A stretch of DNA of 63,093 nucleotides, the filler included, from Lenisia limosa (Eukaryota > Protista > Breviatea): assembly GCA_001655205.1 (NCBI GenBank). It is 8 parts of 8 records of this genome, joined end to end, with 100 filler letters (N's around TTAATTAATTAA, not from the genome) between each part and the next. Parts side by side here need not be neighbours in the genome. Positions count along the whole stretch, not along the records: positions 46,540 to 48,017 come from LPNZ01008622.1; positions 48,118 to 59,507 come from LPNZ01008412.1; 6 more parts are not named here. The stretch is one strand, 5' to 3'. A program made the translations under genes and the position numbers. Positions 47,928 to 59,607 of the stretch are shown piece after piece. Under the pieces are notes generated by a model. The model ran no database searches and was not told the DNA's origin. It worked only from the letters and a program-made list of their open reading frames with translations. Position 1 is the first letter of the stretch. Each line of letters opens with the position of its first letter.

Positions 47928-48281
47928 GTGGGAAAGAGAGAATGGAACATATAAAGTGGAGAATTTAGAAATGGGGTTTAGGGTTAGAAATGGAAATAAA
48001 CAAAGGGGGGGGGGGGGNNNNNNNNNNNNNNNNNNNNNNNNNNNNNNNNNNNNNNNNNNNNTTAATTAATTAANNNNNNNNNNNNNNNNNNNNNNNNNNN
48101 NNNNNNNNNNNNNNNNNCCATCACGCTTATAAGAGATATAGGATTATAGTATAATTGTAATTCACCCAATCATTTGCCTTACAACTTTTTGCACAAATGA
48201 TATTGTATAAATCAAGACAAATAAAACTCGTATGAGATTGAATCAAACAAAGCCCATATCATATGAAATAAGGAACCCAAC

Positions 48282-51200
48282 GTGATCATGACTCTTGCAA
48301 GGTATCGCAGGGGGTAGGGCATCGCACTGAACAGTGAGATATGACAAACTAAAACTTAGCCAATCGGCCCAATAACCTAGTACTTAGCCAATCAGCCTAA
48401 AATATGTCTACTTCTTTATAATTATCACGTTAGTACGAAAACTAGACATGTTCTCAACCACTCCTTGCCACCTCATGTTTTCAATCAAGCCTCGCATGAC
48501 GCGCTCGGCAAGGGATATGACGGCCGTCCACATTTCCTGGGTAATAGCGTAGACCAGGGCGTCTTTCTCGTCGTTGGTCAGTGATGGGATGTTGGGGATG
48601 CATTGCAGCACCTGGGGGTGTGATGATGTTGATTAAGAACCAATGCACAGGTACGGCTTCACTTCGGTTGTTTTGAACCCAAGTGAAGCCTTCCGCACAG
48701 GTGTTGTGAAAAGAAACCCCAAAAGTAAGAGTAGAGTCCATAGCCCCCCTCCCTCAAACCGCCTTGGGGTCGGTATCAATGAGTAAATTGGTGTCTGAAA
48801 TAATCGCACCGACAACCTGCGATATTAAATGGGGCTTTTTTTTTATACTTTTAGTATCAAGGCATGATCGACATTCCAGTGAAGGATGGTGACCCATATG
48901 GTTCAACCTTCTTCCACCCTTTCTTCCAGGTATTTGAATATTAATTAATAAAAATCACAACTTGTGGGGGTATTTGATACAAACAGTATAATCAGATCTT
49001 CGAACAGAAGGTCTTGAAAACGCCTTTCAATGACATTTTACCGCTCACCTCCTGAAGTGATTGGCACAAATACTCCTTGGCACCATATTCCCTGAAAAGG
49101 TGAGCTTAGACTTCACCTCTATGTATATTCCCAATCACCCTAAACTTGGTAAGTCTTGGACAGTTTTCTTTAGATATATAGAAACTCAGTCAAGACTTAC
49201 CATTACCAGTGTATAATAAATATAATACATACATATGATATNNNNNNNNNNNNNNNNNNNNNNNNNNNNNNNNNNNNNNNNNNNNNNNNNNNNNNNNNNN
49301 NNNNNNNNNNNNNNNNNNNNNNNNNNNNNNNNNNNNNNNNNNNNNNNNNNNNNNNNNNNNNNNNNNNNNNNNNNNNNNNNNNNNNNNNNNNNNNNNNNNN
49401 NNNNNNNNNNNNNNNNNNNNNNNNNNNNNNNNNNNTTTTGTTTTTATTTGTAGCTTTAGATTATTCGTTTCGCGCCAATATTCTTCATTGAATCTTCCTT
49501 CGTTTCCCCCCACCTGGCCATAAAGACGACGAGTCGGCTCGGAAGAGAGTCCTGACGGAAAAAGGCGGCCGGGTTGGATGCTGCATTGAAGCCGATCGTG
49601 AGAATGTTCTAAAAGGTCAATTGTGGACATCTTTTCTTTCCCTGTCATCATAAGCACCTCACCTTATACACTTCCATAGATTCGACGAAATGAAGCCTTC
49701 GCTGCGGGCCGCCGAAGATGTTGATAACCAGGATGCGGGCCAATTGTTCAGCTTCCTTGGCCGTCACGTCAATGTTGCCCTGGGGGGGGGGGGTTAAATT
49801 GGAAAATTCATGAAACAACAAAAGCCCAAATCAACTCTGCTGTTGACAACNNNNNNNNNNNNNNNNNNNNNNNNNNNNNNNNNNNNNNNNNNNNNNNNNN
49901 NNNNNNNNNNNNNNNNNNNNNNNNNNNNNNNNNNNNNNNNNNNNNNNNNNNNNNNNNNNNNNNNNNNNNNNNNNNNNNNNNNNNNNNNNNNNNNNNNNNN
50001 NNNGAGGGGGGTATTCAAAACGGGGTTTTTTTTTGTTGAGATTGCAACACAGTCAGCTAAGAGGACCAAGGCCATCATTGGCGAACCAGAGCTTGGGACA
50101 GGTAGCGCGAATCCAGCAGGAGCTGGTCCAAGAAATCGATAAGTGCCTGGGGTGTGAGTCGTATAAATATCACGGGGGCGAGTGTGAGTCGTATAAATGA
50201 AGTCAATCATGGGGGGTATGGCCCTGGCACCTGACAGTCTTGGACGCATTGGACGGCTTGAGCAGGAATGGAGGGAGGCGGAAGGGAGGAAATGTCTGAG
50301 AAATCAGGGATACCCTAGAGGGAATAGGAATACAATAAAGCAGTCATGCGAGCAGTGCCAATCTTTCTTTAATCTCAACACGTCAAAGTCTTGACTAGGC
50401 TTCCCTTCGGTCCCCAAAAAAGACCGAATCTCTCGATAAATACTGGATAAATATCGATATTTAAACGGTCTTTTTCAGACTGTAGGGCTTCACTTCGATT
50501 CGAAATATACTGGTTAATTATCCATAGTTTTCGAGGATTTATCGAGCAATTCCGTCTTTATTTCGGACTGTAGGGAAGACCTGGTCATGACCCATCCGAC
50601 CTTTGATGAGGCTGGATGTGACCGACGACGACACTGTCACAAGTCCGCACAGCTCGGAGTGGGCCTCTAGGAGTGACGCTTGCAGGGCTTGCAGGGCGTC
50701 GAGGCCTGGAGGGGGGGTAAAATTGGAAAATTTATGAAACAAAAAAGTCCATAATCAACTCTGTTAGCTGACAACACACGAGGGTTGATAACAACAAAAT
50801 AAGCTTCTGCAACACGGCATCCCATCAGGGAGGGGGGTGAATGGCAGTTTTGAAGCTCAAATAAAACTCACAAAATGGCATATCAATCAATAAGCAAAGC
50901 AAAATCCCTTCGAAGCCACATACTCTGAGTTTCATGCAGACGCTCGCCTCTCAACTCGGTGGCAAGAGCCGCCATCTCTTCAGCCTGACCCTGGATAGTG
51001 GGGGGGAATCTGAGGGGTCAGGGAGGGGTTGGTCAATTATACTACTAATAGACTATGTTTTATGTGATAACATAGTGCGCTATGTGAGTCCTGTGATATG
51101 TAAGTAGTAATTGGCGGGAGACGGTTAGATTGGCTCTGTATTCCTGATGCACTATACCTAGAGCTTCACTTCGTTCGAAAAAAAGAGACCAAATTTATGG

Positions 51201-52468
51201 ATAAATCCTCAAAAACTATTGATATTTTACCGGGTGAAGCCTTAACTACCCTCCCCCCCCCCCCNNNNNNNNNNNNNNNNNNNNNNNNNNNNNNNNNNNN
51301 NNNNNNNNNNNNNNNNNNNNNNNNNNNNNNNNNNNNNNNNNNNNNNNNNNNNNNNNNNNNNNNNNNNNNNNNNNNNNNNNNNNNNNNNNNNNNNNNGCAG
51401 CAAAAAGACCAAAACAAGGGAACAAGGCTGCACAATCAGGTGACGTTGGGTACAACAAATGGAATGATATTACCGTGTAAACGGAGGCATTGAATCCTCC
51501 AGTGAGCTCCACGCTTACAAGGGCATGACTTCGATCCGAGAGGCTACAGGCCGAACTACTGGTCTCGGCTGCGGGGGTGAAATGCAAATTTATGGGGGGG
51601 GGTCATCGCAGATGCTAAATAGTTTGAAAGGACCAGTCGCTTAACCATCGCAACAATATGGCATCAAAAGACAGTTATTTGGTCACAACCGTTAATGATA
51701 TCATATCATTAGTCAATCGTATGGTCATGTAGGCTTCCTATTTCATGAAAAGTCCACAGTAAATATCGATGCTTTTGGCCCGAAGGGAAGCCCAAATAAG
51801 GATACAAAATTCTGTTTTTACTATCTAGATATTAGAACAGCTCCATTGCTTACCTCAAGTCCTCTGTCTGCAGGGGGAAGATTTCGGTCGGAAGGCTAAA
51901 TGGTGACGAAACCAACAACAAACACACTACCGAAAGGGCACGAATGGCCCCTTGAATAGACCCCGATACCATGATGTTCGGATTGGTTGGGCAAGTGGGG
52001 GTGATGGACGGGAGGTTGTTGATGTCAAAAGGATCATCGCTGTGCTGGTGCAAGTTGACAGCTAAAGTGTCAGAACTTTTCAGTAAAACCTAAAGGGGTT
52101 TTATTATTAGATATAATACTACAATATATAGCTGGTGCTTCACTCCACATCAATCTGAGACCGAACCGGATCCTTTGATCGATCTGTAATATTGTTCAGA
52201 TATATTGGCGATCGATACGGTTCGGTTCGATCTCAACTAAATTTACTGGCATCGGTTCGATATATTATAGCAATGAGAAATAAAGTTGTATCTCACAGAA
52301 GCCATCCACACCATCACACTTATAAGAGATATTGGATAATAGTATAATCTGAGACTCAAGTCTGATCATTTTTGGTGACAATCCCCTACCATTTTTGGGT
52401 GGGGCGAGCAGGTTGTCGAAGTCCTCTCCAAAGTCCACCGCCGCTGTCTGGAACTCGTGCGATTCCAT
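48282..52468 (-). CDS. RasGAP-domain protein (3' end lost at the spacer)
   Basis: NILTIGFNAASNPAAFFRQDSLPSRLVVFMAR|EYGAKEYLCQSLQE and MWTAVISLAERVMRGLIENM..AMPYPLRYLARVMI match the RasGAP FRxNS arginine-finger region and the P..LRY motif. Upstream exons begin MESHEFQTAAVDFGEDF. Confidence 0.75.
48652..48693. mobile_element. 42-bp minimal derivative of the MITE
   Basis: TACGGCTTCACTTCGGTT-GTTTT-GAACCCAAGTGAAGCCTTC; TSD tgcacagg/cgcacagg (7/8). Confidence 0.75.
49780..49850 (-). repeat. Intron 3'-end repeat, RasGAP (rest hidden in an N gap)
   Basis: GTTGTCAACAGCAGAGTTGATTTGGGC...TTCCAATTTAAC-C(n)-AG|GGCAAC. Confidence 0.8.
50396..50583. mobile_element. Head-to-tail MITE dimer mixing both TIR subfamilies
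   Basis: Two cores in tandem, joined at CAGACTG-TAGGG-CTTCAC. Confidence 0.7.
50706..50830 (-). repeat. Intron 3'-end repeat, copy in RasGAP
   Basis: TGCAGAAGC...CAACCCTCGTGTGTTGTCAGCTAACAGAGTTG...TTCCAATTTTACCCCCCCTCCAG|. Confidence 0.85.
51159..51244. mobile_element. MITE, same family, internally deleted
   Basis: TAGAGCTTCACTTCGTTCGAAAA...GGTGAAGCCTTA; flanks actatacc/actaccct. Confidence 0.75.
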
Positions 52469-52469
52469 A

Positions 52470-52772
52470 CTGGGGAAGGGGGGAGTAAAATTGGAAAACT
52501 CATGAAACAAAAAGCTCAAACCAACTCTGTTGGCTGACAACACATGAGGGTTGATATCAACAAAACAAACAAAGCCCAGGCCAATCGCTTCTGCAGCACC
52601 GCGACCCATTCATCCAGCGTACGTAAAACGAAGGAGTAAAATGAAGGAAATTACGATGAAGAATATTGGCGTGAAAAATTAGATATTTTCTGGGGAAAAA
52701 CAAGCCCAAAAATCAACTTTGTTGGCTAGTAACACACGAGGGTTAAAGCCCTGTCCCGCCGCTTCAGCACCG
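52470..52772 (-). repeat. Intron 3'-end repeat, two tandem copies upstream of the RasGAP start exon
   Basis: Two successive units, each starting GCGGTGCTG(C)AGAAGC/GAAGCGG; the second ends TTTTACTCCCCCCTTCCCCAG|TATG. Confidence 0.85.
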
Positions 52773-53427
52773 NNNNNNNNNNNNNNNNNNNNNNNNNNNN
52801 NNNNNNNNNNNNNNNNNNNNNNNNNNNNNNNNNNNNNNNNNNNNNNNNNNNTAAACATTTGAGACATAATCATGGTGAAAGATTGCTGAAGTATATGATT
52901 CTATACTGTGGGTAAGTTGTTAAGTATGTAACATTCCTATGTTCAAAGCTCAAAACACTATCAACACCAAAGATTATAAATCCCAATAATAGCTTTTAGA
53001 TCATTGAAAAATGTGTTCTCAAAGATTTAACCACTGTAAAGAAAGAGATTGCAATAATAATGCAGGCGGAACATACGTGGATCAAAGGGACTGGTTGCCC
53101 AGTCAAGACCGCTTAGAGGACCAGATCGTCGTGTCTTCTTCCTTCAATTTTTAACAGTAATTACTAGGTTTGAAACGGGGGTCGAAGGTGGCTTGGGAGT
53201 CAAGGAAAGAACTGATCTCAAATCGTTATTTGATATAGGTGACTTCAAACTTTCAATTAAAGATTATAAGCTGAAAATAAATACAATTACGGTAAAAGTT
53301 ACGTAAAAGGGCCTACCAAAAAAAAATTGTTGTGAAATATGACGATCTCTGATCTACTTAAAAGACTATATCCAGCCAGTCGTTCTATCGTTCTATCTAA
53401 ATCTAATAAAACGATACTCCGCCAAGT

Positions 53428-56115
53428 ATGGTATCATCGTCAATAAGAAAAGCTTGTTTTGCAGGGTCGTGGTACTCTAGCAGCGGTAAAGGGGCGGCTT
53501 CCCTTTCTATCATCATATCATCATGTTATTGAAAGGATATACAGGTGTTGATATTGGCTCTTTAGTAGTATAATCATACTATATTGATATATAACTAACT
53601 TGAAAAAGGGATTTTCTTAGAGTGTCTATTCTGTACCTGTTTGTCTTCCAAGTGGCCTTATTGGCTCTTTCACCTTCCTTTATATTGGTTCGACTACAGC
53701 CATAATAATGGTATACCCATGATCTAATTACAGAAGTATTTTTTTTGGAAAAATTGAGAGCAGTGTAGATATGGAATCAACATTTATCATTGTTGCCATT
53801 TCTCAAGCTTGGCTGGACTTAGTTGTATTTTGCAGTTCCATTTCACCCCCCCTCCCTCCAGCATCAGAGCTGTCAACACAGCTTGAGTCTTGGATAGCAT
53901 CAGGCAAAAGTGCTGCTAAAAAGCTCCCGGCAGGGAGGGTCAAGGCCGTTATCTGCCCGTGGGGGGGAGGGGGGGGTAGAAGTAAAAACGAAAATGCATA
54001 TTTGGGTAGACAACAAATGGCCTTGTTCTTTAAAACTGTCAATTTTGAACAATTCCAGTTCACCCGTTGGAAATTATCTTGGTTAGACACGCAGGATATG
54101 CGTACAGTGGCCCTACCCTCGGGGCCTCTTTTGCCGCTGTCAACCCTCAGAATATGTACGTTTTATTCTGCCTTTGATATCAGAATACTATATAATAATA
54201 CACTTGATTTCTCTCTGATCCACTACTCATAATATAATACGGGGATTGAGAGAAGATTGGATGTGATATTGACCATCATCCCCCTGAGTGTCTATTTTAC
54301 CCCCTTAGTGAAACAGTATTTGTCCTTGGGACATCGCACAGAGTCTCGTCTTCAAAAATCCTTCTTCCAAAAGACAATCGTAAGGCTTATATATAATATT
54401 AGTATAGTATATTTAATAAGCAGATTATATTATATTACATACTATATGTAGCAATATTTTTAGCATTCTTTTTGCTGAAAGTCTTATGGATTCCTGTTAT
54501 ATTTCGAACACCTTGATTTTTAACTATTCCAGTGAAGACCATTGAAACTCCCCTCGGCAACTTAGACGTGGACCAGGTTGGGCCATTGATGGATTTTGTT
54601 GAGTCTTGAGGAAGATAGATGTTTTCGAATTTATTGGAAAATGCCTACTTTTGGGGGTCCAACTTGCTGCCCATCAGGAAACCAAGCTATGTTGTACCCA
54701 TACGTAGCTTATTCCATAGGACATTCTGGCTACACTTCGCTCCAGCGGTTGCTTTGGGGAAATGTCTATGAGTGAGGATGAGAATGAACACTCGTGGGTG
54801 GGGGTAAAGATGAAAGCTTTGACGGGTGGTTATCTTTAATTACGATACATTATTGAACAATATTTGACCCAATTTCACTATTCAGCATTGAACTCATGTT
54901 CCCATTCATCAAGCAAACTCTTGGAAAGTTAGGGGGTCTCTCAACATGCGACTTCAGTTTACTTATTTTTTTTCCCTTTCATCCATGCCTTGGCCCTCTA
55001 ACATTGTAGCAAGTCCTTCAGAGTAGTCCCTATGATGGTGTGCCAGGCCAAGCCTAGCACCATGAAGGCTGCTGGTACGCCATGTACTGTGAGGATGTTA
55101 AGAAATCCAAATTCAGCCATATACCTTTTTTTTTTTTTGAATTGGTCATTCCTACACACTAATATCACCACTCACCCTCAACAGCCGAACAAATGGCCCC
55201 ATTCTTCCGCAACCCCAACTCTATGATTGTGGCATCAAGTGACTTCTGCCACTGGGGTAGACGGTAAGTGGGGGGGGGGGTAACTGAAAGACAATGATAT
55301 GAATGATAANNNNNNNNNNNNNNNNNNNNNNNNNNNNNNNNNNNNNNNNNNNNNNNNNNNNNTTCACTGAATGATGAGTATTATACTATGTGACATTACT
55401 TATTTGCTAGATTTGGGTATGCACCGTATATTGGAGAGCCTGATACATGGAAGAAGATTGAGAGGCTCGACCGTGAAGGTTAGTACAGGGCTTCTCTGTT
55501 AAAGACAAATTTATTTGGACATCGTAATATGTCAACCTATCCACTGACACGCACAAGGGCTTCACTTCGGTTCGAAAAAAGACTGAATTTCTCGATAAAT
55601 CCATTCCATTACTTTGCTCATTGTGAGATGAAGTGAAATCAAGGGTTTATCATCTTCAACAAGCTAACCATTTAGGCATGGATGCGATCGAAACTCTGTC
55701 TCTCCAACACATGAGGGAGTAAGCATGGTGTCTTTTTTAACACTAGTGTATTCCTTCTTTTAAAAACACCAAGCACAAGTGCCATTCTTTATTATATTTT
55801 TATTATTTCCTTAGATACATGGATCGAACAGATAACTCCATTTGTGGTTTCAATCCCATCTCGCTCATGGTCGCGGTGGGTGTGGGTAGCTTTCTTTAGA
55901 AGCATTAATAACAACATTGTATTATTCCGGCTACGTCGTAGGTCACACCTTCAGACAGCCAACGAAGCTTTCGACACAAAAGACATGGCACTTAAGTTCA
56001 TTGCTTATGATCAGTCATCAAGGGTTGGTTGGCATTTATCAGTGTAACATCTCAGGTGAATTCCCCCAACGACAGCAGTGTCAGCTACGCGTCAGGGGTG
56101 CTTGTCCAACTCTAA
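53428..56115 (+). CDS. MEMO1: MEMO1 / AmmeMemoRadiSam protein B family
   Basis: MVSSSIRKACFAGSWY, VKAVICP|HAGYAYSG, ETPLGNLDVDQ, DENEHS|IELMFPF, IVASSDFCHWG, NSICGFNPI, DSSVSYASG. All hallmark MEMO motifs occur in phase; TAA at 56113-56115. Confidence 0.95.
55555..55602. mobile_element. Truncated MITE (left half) in a MEMO1 intron
   Basis: AAGGGCTTCACTTCGGTTCGAAAAAAGACTGAATTTCTCGATAAATCC, then homology stops. Confidence 0.75.
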
Positions 56116-56339
56116 GCCCCCCCCCTTTTTTTTTGACTTCAAATACACTTTATTATTATGTTTCCCTAACAACGTTATTAAAACCTAACAATGCCTTTCT
56201 ACGAATAAGCAAGCTTACAAGTGGTGAATTCTCAAATGAATTCATGTGTTAACGATTATTTATTGTCCGTGTAGATTGAACATAGACTGAAAGACTTAAA
56301 CCATAATAGACCATTGGAATACTGTACAAGAATAGAGAC

Positions 56340-59300
56340 CTAGAGTAACAGGGGGGCAATAAGGGGTATGTCCTCAAGAGCAAACTCCACATCTTCTCTC
56401 TGGGGGGGGGGGGGNNNNNNNNNNNNNNNNNNNNNNNNNNNNNNNNNNNNNNNNNNNNNNNNNNNNNNNNNNNNNNNNNNNTGTGAACAGTATGTTTCCC
56501 TCTGAATCAAGATATCCATAAACATACTGGGGCTTTGAGAGAGAACAGTTTCTTAGTGGGGTTGCTTTTTGGCCCCTTTGTCAAGACCAAACCTGAAGGG
56601 TATGAGGTTCAATTGAATGAAGACAAAAGGGTAATAATCGTAGACTTTGTCCAAAATTATTGGAAGTGCGATTCTGTTATGCATTAGATCTTCTATTTAA
56701 GGGAAATATTAATTTTGCTCGTAGCGACTAACTGTATGAACCTACCACAATCGTCTAAAGAGGCCAGCAAATTGACCACCTCTGTTGCACTGACTTTTTG
56801 TATTCGTCTCCGGACACACGCCTTGTTATGGAGCATTGTTGCCTGAGGGTGTGTGAAAAGGCAATACATAATACATACTATATAGTATATGATGTAGGTA
56901 TGCCATGGAGGCACGCAGAAAGCTGTGTGCATAGAGTTAGCAAATGATTGGGTGAATTAATTACACTATTATTCAATATCTTTGAAAGCGTGATGGTGTG
57001 GACNNNNNNNNNNNNNNNNNNNNNNNNNNNNNNNNNNNNNNNNNNNNNNNNNNNNNNNNNNNNNNNNNNNNNNNNNNNNNNNNNNNNNNNNNNNNNNNNN
57101 NNNNNNNNNNNNNNNNNNNNNNNNNNNNNNNNNNNNNNNNNNNNNNNNNNNNNNNNNNNAGGTCAGGGGCTTTGACGCTTTGTACACCACAGCCAAAAGA
57201 ACCTGTTGTTGCACTGTGCAGTTCTCAATGATGTTGCCGAACCGTGACCCTATTGAAAGTCGAATGGCTTTGCCCATGTCTGAGAAGGAGACCAGGAAAT
57301 CTAAAGGTTAGTATCATGGGGATAAGATAATGTAGAGAAATGCAGAGAAATGTATATTATAGACGATTTGCCCTTCAAAGCAACTCGCGTGTGGACCTGG
57401 TCCTGATATCAGTGGGATCCCAGCAAGCTTTTACTCAAACAAAAAAAGGCAACAAAAATTCCGGACCGAAATAATTATTACCATACCTTTTGGCTCTTCT
57501 GTCCTAAGCGCCGAAACAGCTGCTTGGCGGCATATGGCTGAATTGCGGTTATCAGTTGTTACAAGAATAGAAGAGAGCAATACAACTGCCCGACCCTGTC
57601 TTATTCCTGTCGAACCAACCCAAGGCTTTTCGGACGTCACCGCTCGAGGCGGCCACTTTTTTGGACACGAGGTCTAAACAGTCGGTCTCGAAGACAGGCG
57701 GCTTGATCTGGGGAGGGGGAGGTAACGTGGGGCATTGGCATGAATCTAAACCGTTCGATATGATATTGCGAGTCATTTTGGTCCAATAATAGCGTGGAAC
57801 TATTTCATTTTGAGGAACAAAATGGAACTTTAGCTTCATAACATTGCCCAAAAGTAACGAAGAGCTGAGAATACCATACCAACCACTCCTACCGCTTCAA
57901 CTCTTTGGGTGAGGATCGAGAGAATTTGGGAAACGCTGTAAGGCGGAAAGTTGACAATCTGGAAGTCATGAACACCCAAAGACAGTTGAGTGGAAATTAT
58001 ATTCCTTCATATAAACATAATGTAACAATAGTATGATACTTAACTTGTACTATTACAGCTTAAGTCCCGGTTACCTCGGGGGGGTGTTGTGACTTTTTCA
58101 ACCTCGGAAGAAGTCGATCAGTTAGATCCAAAGCATTGGCAATTGCGATGAGAACCAATCGTGACCGGCAGGGGTAAGAAAAAGAACAAGTGCCATTCAG
58201 TGACCACTAGAGCTTCACTTCGGTTCGAAAAAGACTGAATTTCTCTATAAATCCTTGAAAACTATCGATATTTCACCAGTCTTTTTTGAACCAGAGTGAA
58301 GTCCTAGTGACCATACAACTAGATAAATGCGTTGAGAATAAAACGACACACTAGTGATATCTTTGCTGCAAGATTAAACCAACTTTGCAAGAGCTGGCAT
58401 TTCAAAGAGAGCATACAGCACCTCCTAGGCAAAGTAAGATAAAAGAGGAAGTGAGGGAGGGGGGTGGCCAACCTGTCCAGAACTTTGTAACTGATCGGCT
58501 TCGTCAACCAGTAAAAAAATTGGAGGGCAAAGTGGGTCTAAAGATTTATGTGAATAAATTATATATTATGAAAAACATCGAGAGAGAAGTAGCTCACCCG
58601 AAACCGCCTTTATGCAGCGCTGTTGGGGCTGGGCGTGGCTGAACTTCTTGCCTGTGGCGTCTTCAACTGCCTCAGCTATTTGCTGAATACAATAAGTTCA
58701 AGTTGACGAGGGGGCCTCGTATTTTCTGGACACAAGAACACGTCTGTATACCTGATCGCCACGCACACTGTATGTCCATCCCCATCCACCATAAATTTCA
58801 TGTCACCCCTAACCGTAAACATGACCTCAGGCGTCCGTAATGAGAAGCACTGGAACGGCACAAAAAGGGTTCCAGGGTACTTGTCCACAATTTCACTTCC
58901 GTTGACCTGACGGATCAGAGGCCGAAGGACAAGGGAGAACCCCGAAAAATGACTATCGGAATAGAAGCCGCCAGCGAAAATAAATCCCAATTAATAAACG
59001 GAAATATATAATACTACTTGGACAAATTTATGATGTGCGCGTGGATATTTGATATACTTTAGCGTTTGGTGCTCACCCCACCCCTCCAACCCCAACAAAA
59101 GTTGACAGTAAAAGGGTTTTCCCAGTCCCAGGAAGGCCTGAAATGTAGAGAGATCCAGGCTTCTCCTCGGCCAGAGTTCGGTTTAGGAAGTCTTGAATCT
59201 GAGAGGNNNNNNNNNNNNNNNNNNNNNNNNNNNNNNNNNNNNNNNNNNNNNNNNNNNNNNNNNNNNNNNNNNNNNNNNNNNNNNNNNNNNNNNNNNNNNN

Positions 59301-59507
59301 NNNNNNNNAACACAACATTCAGTATTTGACAACACAACAACGAAAAAATGGCGGGCAATTCAAAAAGGCCAAGCCTCCACAAGAGGAAAACAAACGACAC
59401 AGAAAATTACACCCACCTTCTGCTTCTCATTCGTACGACCCAATAGCTCCTTCTCGAAGACGGAAGTGCTCAGGGCAGCCATGACCTGATCATCGTAGCT
59501 GAGGGTA
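56340..59507 (-). CDS. CDC6: Cell division control protein 6 (AAA+ replication licensing factor); N-terminus cut at the spacer
   Basis: ELLGRTNEKQK|IQDFL...GSLYISGLPGTGKT (Walker A), LLVDEADQL (Walker B), LIAIANALDLTDRLLPRL, NFPPYSVSQILSIL, KKVAASSGDVRKAL. Confidence 0.9.
58208..58306. mobile_element. ~100-bp hAT-type MITE in a CDC6 intron
   Basis: Same TIRs; TSD gtgaccac/gtgaccat (7/8). Confidence 0.9.
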
Positions 59508-59607
59508 NNNNNNNNNNNNNNNNNNNNNNNNNNNNNNNNNNNNNNNNNNNNTTAATTAATTAANNNNNNNNNNNNNNNNNNNNNNNNNNNNNNNNNNNNN
59601 NNNNNNN

